From: a bacterium
GTDB lineage: Bacteria; Patescibacteriota; Patescibacteriia; Patescibacteriales; JAKAJF01
Length of the DNA stretch: 64,000 nucleotides
Assembly: GCA_021788015.1 (NCBI GenBank)
Contig: JAJYLD010000001.1
Coordinates: 145,581 to 209,580, forward strand
Reading direction: 5' to 3'
Of this stretch, positions 16,671 to 28,021 are shown in pieces. The notes beneath the pieces were generated by a model. It did not search any database. It had not been told where the DNA came from and saw only the letters and a program-made list of their open reading frames with translations. The translations under genes were made by a program, and so were the position numbers. Positions within the stretch are counted from its first letter, which is position 1. Every line of letters begins with the position of its first letter.

Positions 16671-18424
<1,754 letters not shown>

Positions 18425-18464
18425 GCGCGTAACATAAAACGCGTAACGCATAACGAATATCTAA

Positions 18465-18495
18465 AAAAGTCTACTTGTAAAAGGTAGACTTTTTA
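18465..18495 (+). terminator. rho-independent terminator after groEL
   Basis: AGTCTAC-TTGTAAAAG-GTAGACT followed by TTTT. Confidence 0.65.
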
Positions 18496-18591
18496 GATGA
18501 AATCGGTTTTATTTTATTTCCCGAAATTTAATTACGTTATGCGTTATGAGTTGCGCGATTTTGACACTAAAACAAAAATATTATAAAATTC

Positions 18592-18631
18592 GGTTAGATG
18601 GTTAATCGGTTAATTAGTTAAATGGTTAACA
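18592..18631 (+). repeat. five tandem 8-bp units GGTTAANN
   Basis: GGTTAGAT GGTTAATC GGTTAATT AGTTAAAT GGTTAACA. They lie downstream of a putative TTGACA-17-TAAAAT promoter (18570-18598) and upstream of the 18694 ORF. Confidence 0.7.
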
Positions 18632-18693
18632 GTTTTAATTAACTGCGCGACTAATCAAATAATTAACCAATCAAAATTAACTAAAACAAAACT

Positions 18694-18927
18694 ATGGCCA
18701 ACATTTTTAAGCCATTGGGAAGAAAAATAAACAACATGGTTTTTTCTTTAATCGTGACCGGTTTTATTTTGCTCATCCTCGGCGTCCTTATCGTCTGGAC
18801 GGATTTTACCCTGCGTATTGTCGTGGGCATGATCACGATCGCGGTTGCCTATGTCTTTTTTTACGGCGCCTGGAAAATATGGTCGGTGAAAAAAGATCTT
18901 GAAAAATTTTTTAAGATTAAACTGTAA
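18694..18927 (+). CDS. small two-helix membrane protein (77 aa)
   Basis: The ORF has two hydrophobic segments (VFSLIVTGFILLILGVLIVW and VVGMITIAVAYVFFYGAW). Confidence 0.5.
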   Translation: MANIFKPLGRKINNMVFSLIVTGFILLILGVLIVWTDFTLRIVVGMITIAVAYVFFYGAWKIWSVKKDLEKFFKIKL

Positions 18928-19054
18928 TTTCTACTAATTTCAATCCATTACAAATAAAAAATGGGAGGTTTAAATAATTCCATTTTCATTTTTTTACACC
19001 GAATTTAAGTATTTGTAAATTTGTAACAAGGTTTGTAATTTGTGGGAGAAGCAT

Positions 19055-19513
19055 ATGAAAAAATATTCAAAATTTATCGCAATTTTTGCGGTCGCTCTTT
19101 TTTTGACCGCTTGCAGCCGGCAAGTGAATATGGATCAGCCCGACGCAAACGGCAATTATGATTTCTCAGACTCTTATTTGGGCTTCAGTTTGATTTTGCC
19201 GAAAGAATTCGATCATTATCAATTCCAAAGGGTCGATAAAGCCGATTATTCCGATTTGGAATTTTTTGTTCCCACAAGCGACACTTCGATTCCGAAAGAA
19301 GTGCCCGGTTACGGCGAACCGATCATAGTCCGCGTTTACAACAAAAGCGCGTGGGACGGTTCCGATCAGAAAAATTCCGGTTTTGTAAAAATCGGAGAAA
19401 AAGGCGATAAGGTTTACGCGATGGAATTTTGGCAAAAAATACCGAAAGATTGGCAGAGTGTATGGAATGATAACATGAAAAACGAAATCAAAAATTCATT
19501 TAAGATTAATTAG
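19055..19513 (+). CDS. putative lipoprotein
   Basis: MKKYSKFIAIFAVALFLTACS lipobox. GGGAGAAG precedes ATG 19055, which is preferred over the ORF-track start at 19040. Confidence 0.6.
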   Translation: MKKYSKFIAIFAVALFLTACSRQVNMDQPDANGNYDFSDSYLGFSLILPKEFDHYQFQRVDKADYSDLEFFVPTSDTSIPKEVPGYGEPIIVRVYNKSAWDGSDQKNSGFVKIGEKGDKVYAMEFWQKIPKDWQSVWNDNMKNEIKNSFKIN

Positions 19514-19698
19514 GCTGAACCACTGAATAAAAACTGAAAGCACCTGATTACACTGAAAACGCTTCTACTTTTAGGAAGCGTTTTATATTTTGTTACTTAA
19601 AAATAACTAAGCTTTGGAAAAATATTTGTAAATTTGTGTTAAAATTTATAGAGTTGCCATTAGTTGATTTTTTTGTCAAATCGTGTTAGACTAAAAGC

Positions 19699-21354
19699 AT
19701 GTTAAATCCCACATTAAATCGAAAAACCGAGAAAAATTTTGAAATTACGGAAAACGCGAAAAAGCTTTTTCAGGTTATTTACAATGAGCAAAACAAAAAT
19801 GAAGACGATGAAAACGAGCCGAAATTAAAAGTTTCCGTCTTGATTTCGAAAATGGCTTTTTATTACGAAAAAATACGTAACTCCGTCGATTACAAAGAGG
19901 AATATTTGCTTCGCAAAAACGCGATTTTAAGAATTCTAAGAAGGCAGATCGTGCTCGAAGGCATGGTTAAGGAAACGAGCAGCAACGAAATCTCCAAAAA
20001 TTTATTGGTCGAGCTGATTCGCGCCGGCTATTTAAAAAATAATAATGTTCCGGAATATAAAATCGACGAAATCGGGAAGATAGTGAACAAATACATAAAA
20101 CTTCGCAATTACAGTCTGGTCGCTTTTCAAAAAACCGAAAATTTTAAAACAAAACGTGAATTGGTTAATTGGATTCTTTTTATAGCCGCTTCGGAAATAG
20201 AAGAGAAGCTCGGAAGAAATAAAATCACTCAAGTCGAAATCAATGAAATTTATGAAATTCTGAGTTCGGCCATAAAACTTCCGGAAGATTCTCCGTTCGA
20301 AGCCGATCGGGAAATTCAAATTTTCGTAAGCATCCATCGCAATCTTCTAAAATTCGATTCGGACATGATCGGATTTATTTTGTTCAAATATTACAATGCG
20401 GACTGGACCGATCCCTCCGACGAAAAGATTAAAAAAATCGGGGAGAATATAGAAATTCTGCGGCAAGCCATCAATCGACAACTAGCTCATCCTTTGGCCG
20501 GACAATTGAACAAAATCGTCAACCGTTACACGGTTTATTTTTCGATTCTTTCGGAAGTAATCGAAGAAAATCCCGTCTTGGTTTACAACAGCTTTAAAGA
20601 CGACCCCAAAGCTTTTCCGAGAAACATAAAAAAAATCTGCAACAGGAGATACGGGCAAGCGAAATCCAAATTATGGCGAGCGGCGGTTCGAAGCATAATT
20701 TACATATTTTTAACAAAATCCATTTTCGCGATCGCCATCGAAATTCCTGCTACTAAATTTTTCGGAGACGCGTTAAACATGACCGCTCTGGCGATTAATG
20801 TAAGCTTCCCCGCGCTTTTGCTTTTTTTGATTGTTTTGTTCACTAAATTGCCTTCGGAAAAAAATACGGAGGACATAATCGCGGGGATAAACAATATTGC
20901 TTTCGAGGGGCATAAGAACGAAGAAATACGCTTGCGTCAGGCGGCCAAAAGAAATAAATTTTTAAATTCCGTTTTCGGAAGTTTATATTCCGTCACTTTT
21001 TTGTTTTCCGTCGGATTTATCATCTGGGCTCTCGATAAAATCGGATTTAACTTCGTAAGCATAACCATTTTCCTCTTCTTCCTGGCCTTCGTCAGTTTCT
21101 TCGCCATCCGCATAAGAAAGAACGCGCACGAATTGATCATTGTCGAAAGCAGGGAAAATATTTTTACTTTTTTGACCGACTTCTTTTATATTCCGATTGT
21201 CGCTTTCGGGAAATGGCTTTCGGAAAAATTTTCAAGAATCAATTTGTTTGTCTTTATCCTTGACTTTATAATCGAATCTCCGTTTAAGATTTTTGTCGAT
21301 ATCGCCGAGGAATGGACGAAATATATAAGGGAAAGAAAAGAAGACATTGTATAA
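19699..21354 (+). CDS. hypothetical large membrane protein (551 aa)
   Basis: Soluble, helical-looking N-terminal two thirds, then several C-terminal TM segments. No motif I can name. Confidence 0.55.
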   Translation: MLNPTLNRKTEKNFEITENAKKLFQVIYNEQNKNEDDENEPKLKVSVLISKMAFYYEKIRNSVDYKEEYLLRKNAILRILRRQIVLEGMVKETSSNEISKNLLVELIRAGYLKNNNVPEYKIDEIGKIVNKYIKLRNYSLVAFQKTENFKTKRELVNWILFIAASEIEEKLGRNKITQVEINEIYEILSSAIKLPEDSPFEADREIQIFVSIHRNLLKFDSDMIGFILFKYYNADWTDPSDEKIKKIGENIEILRQAINRQLAHPLAGQLNKIVNRYTVYFSILSEVIEENPVLVYNSFKDDPKAFPRNIKKICNRRYGQAKSKLWRAAVRSIIYIFLTKSIFAIAIEIPATKFFGDALNMTALAINVSFPALLLFLIVLFTKLPSEKNTEDIIAGINNIAFEGHKNEEIRLRQAAKRNKFLNSVFGSLYSVTFLFSVGFIIWALDKIGFNFVSITIFLFFLAFVSFFAIRIRKNAHELIIVESRENIFTFLTDFFYIPIVAFGKWLSEKFSRINLFVFILDFIIESPFKIFVDIAEEWTKYIRERKEDIV

Positions 21355-21488
21355 GAATTTCTAATTTCTAAATTCTCAATCAGACATAAATTCAAAAAAT
21401 ATAAATCCAAATGATCAAAACGTTTTGAATTTTTAATTCTGTCATTTGATATCGTTTAGAAATTAGATATTATGATTTAGGATTTTTG
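21355..21488. repeat. AT-rich palindromic intergenic element (same family as the RNase P insertions)
   Basis: The right end TTGATATCGTTTAGAAATTAGATATTATGATTTAGGATTT parallels TTGATATTGTTTAGTATTTAGAATTTAGGATTT in 62850-63020. There is an inner AAATTCAAAA...TTTTGAATTT palindrome. Confidence 0.7.
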
Positions 21489-21544
21489 TTAATCGGAATT
21501 TATTCGAATGTTTAAATTGCAAATTTGATTTTAAATTTACGTCC

Positions 21545-22297
21545 ATGTCCGTACTGTACATCGTCGGAACGCCGATCGGAAATTTGGAAGATATAAGTCT
21601 GCGCGCGCTCAGAATTTTGGGCAGCGTTGATTTTATATTGTGCGAAGACACTCGAGTGACAAAAAAATTGCTCGAGCATTACAAAATAAACACGCCGACA
21701 GTTTCTTATCATGAACATTCGGACGAGAGAAAAATAAACGAGATTTTAACCTTTTTGGCCGACGGTAAAAGTTTAGCGTTGGTAACCGACGCCGGTACGC
21801 CGGGAATTTCCGATCCCGGAGGAAAATTAATCGGGCGAGTTATCGAGAGATTCAATATTGGAGCCGATCCGGACGCGCCTGTGCAAATCGAATCGGTGCC
21901 CGGTCCTTCCGCCGTAACGGCCGCTCTTTCCATTTCCGGAATTCCGACCGACAAATTCGTATTCATGGGCTTTCCGCCGCATAAAAAAGGAAGACAGACT
22001 TTTTTGCGCAAAATAATCGAAAGCGAATATCCGGTTGTCGTTTATGAATCAAAATATCGAATTTTAAAATTTTTGGATGAGCTTAAGAGAATTTCGGAAG
22101 GCAAGCTGGTTTTATGGTCGGAAGATGAAGCGGACGAAATGAAGAAAAAAATTCATCTCACTTCGATCGTTGTTTTCCGCGAGCTTTCAAAAATGCATGA
22201 AACCGTTTATCGCGGCAATCTTGATTCTGTAATTGAAAAAATTAAAAGCAAACCCGAAGAGCAAAAAGGTGAATTCGTAGTGGTAATCGGGAAATAA
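21545..22297 (+). CDS. rsmI: 16S rRNA (cytidine1402-2'-O)-methyltransferase
   Basis: LYIVGTPIGNLEDISLRALRIL, ILCEDTRVTKKLL, DAGTPGISDPG, VPGPSA. Confidence 0.88.
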   Translation: MSVLYIVGTPIGNLEDISLRALRILGSVDFILCEDTRVTKKLLEHYKINTPTVSYHEHSDERKINEILTFLADGKSLALVTDAGTPGISDPGGKLIGRVIERFNIGADPDAPVQIESVPGPSAVTAALSISGIPTDKFVFMGFPPHKKGRQTFLRKIIESEYPVVVYESKYRILKFLDELKRISEGKLVLWSEDEADEMKKKIHLTSIVVFRELSKMHETVYRGNLDSVIEKIKSKPEEQKGEFVVVIGK

Positions 22298-22310
22298 AAA
22301 AATAAACAAA

Positions 22311-23906
22311 ATGAATAAATTTTATATCACAACCCCAATCTATTACGTAAACGCCAACCCTCATATTGGCCACACTTATACCACGGTCGCCGCGGATGTC
22401 TTGGCGCGTTTTCATCGCCTGATCGGAGACAAGACTTTTTTCTTAACCGGAACGGACGAGCACGGCGCAAAAATCGAAGAATGGGCACGCGATGCCGGTT
22501 TGAAACCGCAAGAATTTGTCGATCGGGTTTCGGCAAAATTCCAATTCATTTGGAATGAATTGAATATTTCAAATGACAGATTTATCAGAACAACGGAAAG
22601 TGAGCACATGAGAGCTGTGCAAAATGCCTTGGAATTCATGTACAAAAAAGGCGATATTTACAAAGGCGAATATGAAGGTCTTTACTGTCGCGGTTGCGAG
22701 CAATTTAAAACAGAAAGAGATTTAATCGACGGATTATGCCCGGATCACAAAGTCGCTCCGGAGTTGATGAAAGAGGAGTGCTATATGTTTAAAATGTCAA
22801 AATACCGGGATGAAATTTTGAAAAAAATCGAAAAAGACGAATTTAAAATTTTACCGGCGGAAAGAAAAAACGAAATTTCGAGTTTCTATAAAAATGAAAA
22901 GTTGGAAGATGTTTCTTTTTCCCGCAAAAACGTGAAATGGGGAATACCGTTGCCTTGGGACGAAACACACACGACTTATGTCTGGGCCGATGCTTTTTTA
23001 AATTATTTAACAGGTCTCGGCTGGACCGGACCGGAAGATAAAAATGGTTCATGGCGGGAATATTGGCCTGCCGATGTGCATTTAATGAGCAAAGACATCT
23101 TGCGCGTCCATGCCACGATTTGGCCGGCCATGCTTTTGTCTTTGGGGCTCGGGCTTCCGCGCGAACTTTTTATACATGGTTTTTTTCTTGTTGACGGTCA
23201 GAAAATGAGCAAATCTTTGGGCAATGTCATTTCGCCGGAAGATTTGATGAATAGATACGGCGTCGACGGAACGAGGTATTTGTTAATGAGCGCGACTCCT
23301 TTCGGTCATGACGGCGATATCGGCTGGAATAAATTCGATGAAAAATATAATGCCGACCTTGCGAATGGAATCGGCAATCTGGTTGCGAGATCGATTACCC
23401 TAGCCGAGAAAGCCTCCCTTATTAAGGGGGACAGAGGGGATTTAACTCAAAACTCGAAAATCCCGGAAGCAGAACAAGCTCGCTACGGGGCAGGCAAAAC
23501 TCAAAACCACAACTTAAAATTCAAAACTGAAATTGAACAAAGCTGGAAAACGTATCAAGAAAATTTACTTGAATTAAAAATTGATAGCGCGATAGACGTT
23601 ATTAATAAGCGAATTAAATTTCTTGACGGTTATATAACCGAAATGAAGCCTTGGGAAATGATTAAAAATAGCAATGAAAATACAGGCGAAGTAATGTATA
23701 ACGTTTTGGAAAGTTTGCGCCACGTCGCTCTTATGCTTTGGCCGTTTATGCCGGAAACTGCGGAAAAAATTTATGAGAGTTTGGGGTTGGACATGGGGAA
23801 AGAAATGGCCGAAGATAAAAAATTCGAAGACGCGATTGAATGGGGCGGGCTTAGTTTCGAAACAAAAATCAAAAAAGGCGGAGTTCTATTTCCGAGAATT
23901 TTTTAA
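22311..23906 (+). CDS. metG: methionine--tRNA ligase
   Basis: YITTPIYYVNANPHIGH (HIGH motif), KMSKSLGN, GNLVARS anticodon-domain helix. Contains a repeat-derived in-frame insertion at about 23405-23530. Confidence 0.93.
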   Translation: MNKFYITTPIYYVNANPHIGHTYTTVAADVLARFHRLIGDKTFFLTGTDEHGAKIEEWARDAGLKPQEFVDRVSAKFQFIWNELNISNDRFIRTTESEHMRAVQNALEFMYKKGDIYKGEYEGLYCRGCEQFKTERDLIDGLCPDHKVAPELMKEECYMFKMSKYRDEILKKIEKDEFKILPAERKNEISSFYKNEKLEDVSFSRKNVKWGIPLPWDETHTTYVWADAFLNYLTGLGWTGPEDKNGSWREYWPADVHLMSKDILRVHATIWPAMLLSLGLGLPRELFIHGFFLVDGQKMSKSLGNVISPEDLMNRYGVDGTRYLLMSATPFGHDGDIGWNKFDEKYNADLANGIGNLVARSITLAEKASLIKGDRGDLTQNSKIPEAEQARYGAGKTQNHNLKFKTEIEQSWKTYQENLLELKIDSAIDVINKRIKFLDGYITEMKPWEMIKNSNENTGEVMYNVLESLRHVALMLWPFMPETAEKIYESLGLDMGKEMAEDKKFEDAIEWGGLSFETKIKKGGVLFPRIF

Positions 23907-23908
23907 TA

Positions 23909-23993
23909 TTGTCATTCTGGAGCATAGCGTAGCGAAGCGATAGAATCTCAAGATCCTATCGGTCGTTCGTGCCCCACTCCCTCCAGGATGACA
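23909..23993. repeat. GAATGACA-family hairpin element (long variant)
   Basis: TGTCATTCTGGAG ... CTCCAGGATGACA terminal inverted repeats, located between metG and cvpA. Confidence 0.7.
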
Positions 23994-24006
23994 CAAAAAC
24001 AAAAAT

Positions 24007-24516
24007 ATGCTTATCATCGACATTATTCTTCTCGTCATTCTCGCCGGTTTTATCTTCTATGGATTTGCCGTGGGCCTCATAAGAATGATCGGTTCGCTTG
24101 TCGCCCTTGTTGTCGGCGTTTGGGTCGCGAGCCATTATTATCTCGCCGCCTTCGATCTGGTGCGGAATTTATTTTCCAAGCATAGCGATATCGGAAAAAT
24201 AATTTCTTTCGTTGTCCTATTCATTTTAGCCGACAGCTTAGTAAGCCTTGTCTTTGCGCTTTTGGACAGGGCTTTTAATTTGATGGCCCTGATCCCTTTC
24301 GTAAGCTTGTTTAATCGTTTGGGTGGGGCCATTTTGGGTTTGCTTGAAGGAGCAATCTCCTTGGGCGTAATTTTGCTTCTTATTTACAGATATAACTTTA
24401 TCGGTTTGTTTTTCGATCGATTTTTAATCGGTTCGCGTATCGCGCCATTTTTAATTAAAACCGCGAACGTAATCGCGCCTCTGATTCCGGAAATTTTAAG
24501 CAGGATAAAGATGTAA
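24007..24516 (+). CDS. cvpA: CvpA family membrane protein
   Basis: 169 aa. N-terminus IDIILLVILAGFIFYGFAVGLIRMIGSLVALVVG and the four-TM layout are typical of CvpA. Confidence 0.75.
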   Translation: MLIIDIILLVILAGFIFYGFAVGLIRMIGSLVALVVGVWVASHYYLAAFDLVRNLFSKHSDIGKIISFVVLFILADSLVSLVFALLDRAFNLMALIPFVSLFNRLGGAILGLLEGAISLGVILLLIYRYNFIGLFFDRFLIGSRIAPFLIKTANVIAPLIPEILSRIKM

Positions 24517-24520
24517 AAAT

Positions 24521-26056
24521 ATGAAGAAAATTTGGCGAAAAAATTTTGAAATCAAAAAAACATGCTATCAGCTTCTCGCTGAATCGGCGGAATCATTTTT
24601 CGTTTTTCAGAAACCGACTTTAAATAAATATTATTTAAAAGAAGGCGTAATGGTTTCTGAAAACGGAGATAATATCGGGAGTTATTTTGTCAAAAATGAA
24701 TTGCGTGATTTGATTAAAAATACTTTGGATGCAATTATTAAAAATCCTAAAAGAGTGCATGGAATTCATGAAAAGGCTATTAAATATAATAAAGATTTCT
24801 TTTTAGAACTGAAAAAGGCGGAAAAAATAAATTTGGAAAATTTATCAAAAACAGAACTCATTAAATTATATAAACATCTCTTTAAATGGCTTCAGCTTGG
24901 CCATGGTTACAGTTTACCTACAACATGGTTCATTGATTCGGATGGAGAAGATCTGAGTCATTATTTATTGGATTTAATTGGAAAGAAGGTTAAGGAGAAT
25001 AAGTTAAATATCAGCGCGCCCGAAGCTTTCAGTATTTTAACTACCCCTGCCCAGGAAAGCATGGCTCAAGCGGAAGAAAAAGAAATGTATGCTATTTTAA
25101 AATTTATTCAAGAAAATAATGCGGCTCTAAAAGTTTTTTCCAACAAGAATCGGGAATCCATAGAAAGCAATTTGGTAAAAATTGATAAAAAATTAAGAAA
25201 CAAAATTATAAATCATTTTAAAAAATGGAGATGGATGCCGTATACTTATGTGGGTCCGGCCTATAATTTGGATTATTATTTGGACATCTGGTCTTCTCTT
25301 TTAAAACAGAAATCCGATCCTGATGAAGAAATAAAAAAATTGGAGTTAGCGAAAAAAGAAACATTAATAAGAAGAGCGGGGTTAATAAAAGATTTGTATT
25401 TGTCACAAAAAGAAAAAGCAATTTTTGATTTGGCCGCCGAAATTGTTTGGCTTAAAGGTCTACGCAAAGAAGTTTCGTTTTTTGGTTTTTACGTAATCGA
25501 CAAAGTTCTAAAGGAAATGGGTAAGAGAGCGGGATTCTCCTTGATGCAGATGAAATATGTCGCCTTTAACGAGATGAAAAATTTTGAAAATTTTTCTTCG
25601 GATGAATTGAATTCAAGAATAAAATTTAGTGTCATTTATTCCAAGTCGGGAAAATTTAAAATTTTCAACGGAAAAAAAGCGAAAGATTTTTTAAAAAAAC
25701 AAAATTTTGAGAAAATTATTTTAAAAGATTCCGGAGAATTAAAAGGAACATGCGCTTACGTCGGAAGGGCAAGAGGTGCGGTCAAGATTATAAATACTCC
25801 CGAAGAAATGGGGAAAATGCAGAAAGGTGACATAATGGTTGCACACACAACATTTCCCAGTCTTGTACCCGCCATGAAAAAAGCGGCGGCGATTGTAACC
25901 GATGATGGAGGAATTACTTGCCATGCCGCAATTGTAGCGCGAGAGTTAAGAACGCCGTGCATTGTCGGTACAAAAAATGCGACTTACATTTTGAAAGACG
26001 GCGATAAAGTTGAAGTCGATGCGGAAAAAGGGATAATTAAAAAAGTAAATTCTTGA
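24521..26056 (+). CDS. S1: divergent helical N-domain fused to a C-terminal PEP-utilizer phosphohistidine swivel domain
   Basis: C-terminus GRARGAVKIINTPEEM...GDIMVAHTTFPSLVPAMKKAAAIVTDDGGITCHAAIVARELRTPCIVGTK...VEVDAEKGIIKK. N-domain landmark KKWRWMPYTYVGPAY. No ATP-grasp or TIM-barrel motifs seen. Confidence 0.85.
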   Translation: MKKIWRKNFEIKKTCYQLLAESAESFFVFQKPTLNKYYLKEGVMVSENGDNIGSYFVKNELRDLIKNTLDAIIKNPKRVHGIHEKAIKYNKDFFLELKKAEKINLENLSKTELIKLYKHLFKWLQLGHGYSLPTTWFIDSDGEDLSHYLLDLIGKKVKENKLNISAPEAFSILTTPAQESMAQAEEKEMYAILKFIQENNAALKVFSNKNRESIESNLVKIDKKLRNKIINHFKKWRWMPYTYVGPAYNLDYYLDIWSSLLKQKSDPDEEIKKLELAKKETLIRRAGLIKDLYLSQKEKAIFDLAAEIVWLKGLRKEVSFFGFYVIDKVLKEMGKRAGFSLMQMKYVAFNEMKNFENFSSDELNSRIKFSVIYSKSGKFKIFNGKKAKDFLKKQNFEKIILKDSGELKGTCAYVGRARGAVKIINTPEEMGKMQKGDIMVAHTTFPSLVPAMKKAAAIVTDDGGITCHAAIVARELRTPCIVGTKNATYILKDGDKVEVDAEKGIIKKVNS

Positions 26057-26114
26057 GATAAAAATACTAATTTAAACATGTTTTTGCGATAAACAAAAAT
26101 ATGTTTGCAAATTT

Positions 26115-26564
26115 ATGAACCTGGATCAACAAAACTTGCCCGGAGTTACTCCGGAGATCGAACTTAATTCTTTGATAGAAAAGACAAAATCTGCGGTGGA
26201 GGAGATAAGAAGATCTGTTAAATTTGGTAATCTTCCCGAAAAAAAAGATTGGCCGAATCTTTTAAATGAACTTAAAGAAGGGGCGGGCAGACTTCAATGG
26301 CTGGAAGATGTACATGGCTTATCTACCACAGATAAGGTGCCGAGTTGGCCACAAGGTATTCGTCGTTATTTATTGGAAGCTTTGGGCGAATTATTCATAC
26401 CCAAAAAAATGACGGATGAGGAAAGAGTAAAATTAGAAAATCTTATAAGAAAATATAGAGCAGCTTTGAGTCAATGGCAGACGGAATTAGTGGAAAGATT
26501 ATGCCATAAGAATGGAATAGAAAGGGAAGTAATAGAGCCTGAGTATTTCAAGGAACCGCTTTAA
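26115..26564 (+). CDS. hypothetical protein inside the swivel-domain array (149 aa, no swivel domain)
   Basis: Clean ORF between S1 and S2. No recognisable motif. Confidence 0.5.
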   Translation: MNLDQQNLPGVTPEIELNSLIEKTKSAVEEIRRSVKFGNLPEKKDWPNLLNELKEGAGRLQWLEDVHGLSTTDKVPSWPQGIRRYLLEALGELFIPKKMTDEERVKLENLIRKYRAALSQWQTELVERLCHKNGIEREVIEPEYFKEPL

Positions 26565-26576
26565 AAAAATTTCATT

Positions 26577-28016
26577 ATGAAAGCAGAATGGATTTCATTC
26601 GAATGGCCGGGTTATCATCTTTATCAGGCAATCGCGCCGATGGAGGCATGGGTGCATGATTTCGCGAAATACGATTGCCAAATTTCCAAAATGGTCGTTT
26701 CCTATTCAAGGGGCGCCACTTCTTTTTATTATTTAAAAAATGAATACGAAAGTTACGGCAAGAAATTTTTTGAAAAGGTGAAAAATAATCCCGCCTTGAT
26801 GTTTAAAGTCCTTGAAGAAGTCGACAAAACGGCGGAAGCCGTATTTAAGCTGGGTAAGAAATTCGCCTATGTCGATTTTAAAAAATTGAATGACAAAAAA
26901 ATTTTAAAAATACATAACCAGCTTTTTAAATTGGATGAAATTCTTTGGCGAAGGGGCCAAATCCAAAACCTTTTGGAGCTTCATAATAATTATTTAACCG
27001 AGCATATCAAGGGAATCCTAGAAGAAAAATTCGGAAAAAATAATGTAGTACAATATTTCGATTACCTCACTCGTCCTTCGTATAAAAGCATGTCAATCAG
27101 GCAGGACGAGGACTTCCTAAAAATGCTTAAAAAATATCGGCAAGGAGTAAAAGATAAATCGTTAATGATAAAAAATCACTGGAAAAAATATTCCTGGATG
27201 ATATACGGGTGGGCCGGGCCCGCTTTTGAAATAAAATATTTTGAAAATAATTTTAAGGAAGCGCTAAAAGCGAAAATAAATTACGTAAAAAGTAAATCCG
27301 ATATTAATAAAGATAAAGTCGCGGCAAAAACAAGGTTGTGGGTACTGTCAAAAATGGACGAAAAAGAAAAAAGACTCGCTGTTCTTCTCAGAACTTTAGT
27401 TGACATGAAATTAAAAAGAGTGGACGCCCATTCTCTAACCTTTTTTATTGCCGATAAGATAAATGCGGAAATCGCCAAAAGAAAATTTATTTCCGTAAAT
27501 CAGATTAGAACGGTTCCGGCGCTTGAGATGCGTAAATTAATGAGCGGTAAAATCACTAAAGAAGAAATGAATAGAGATTACGAATTCGTTTTATATTGGT
27601 TTGAAAAAGGCAAAAAAGTTAGAAAAATAAATGGCATCGAAGCGAAAGTGAAAATTACAAAAATTCTTGCAAGTATTCCAGGAGTAAAAAAATCCAATTT
27701 AATAAAAGGTGAAATGGCTTATGCCGGCAAGGTAAGAGGCAAAATTAAAGTTATTTTGGAACAAAAAGATTTTAGAAAATTTAAAAGGAATGAAATTTTA
27801 GTAACAAGAATTACCGATCCGTCCTATGTGCCTATAATGAAAATGGCGCAAGCCATAATTACCGATATCGGAGGGATAACCTGCCATGCCGCCATAGTTT
27901 CGAGAGAATTAAAAAAGCCCTGCGTAATCGGAACAAAAATCGCGACAAAAGTTTTGAAAGATGGCGATTTGGTCGAGGTGGATGCGGAGAAAGGAGTCGT
28001 AAAAATAATAAAATAG
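26577..28016 (+). CDS. S2: divergent N-domain plus PEP-utilizer swivel domain
   Basis: GKVRGKIKVI...EILVTRITDPSYVPIMKMAQAIITDIGGITCHAAIVSRELKKPCVIGTKIATKVLKDGDLVEVDAEKGVVKII. N-domain landmark KKYSWMIYGWAGPAF. Confidence 0.85.
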   Translation: MKAEWISFEWPGYHLYQAIAPMEAWVHDFAKYDCQISKMVVSYSRGATSFYYLKNEYESYGKKFFEKVKNNPALMFKVLEEVDKTAEAVFKLGKKFAYVDFKKLNDKKILKIHNQLFKLDEILWRRGQIQNLLELHNNYLTEHIKGILEEKFGKNNVVQYFDYLTRPSYKSMSIRQDEDFLKMLKKYRQGVKDKSLMIKNHWKKYSWMIYGWAGPAFEIKYFENNFKEALKAKINYVKSKSDINKDKVAAKTRLWVLSKMDEKEKRLAVLLRTLVDMKLKRVDAHSLTFFIADKINAEIAKRKFISVNQIRTVPALEMRKLMSGKITKEEMNRDYEFVLYWFEKGKKVRKINGIEAKVKITKILASIPGVKKSNLIKGEMAYAGKVRGKIKVILEQKDFRKFKRNEILVTRITDPSYVPIMKMAQAIITDIGGITCHAAIVSRELKKPCVIGTKIATKVLKDGDLVEVDAEKGVVKIIK

Positions 28017-28021
28017 TTTTT

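Noticed and set aside
18425-18562. CGTAACGCATAAC-type motifs after groEL (18425-18455, inverted at 18531-18562) and after htrA (43988-44012), considered as a possible regulatory site.
   Set aside because: They look like one more short terminator-flanking repeat family. Three copies are too few and too degenerate to support a specific function.
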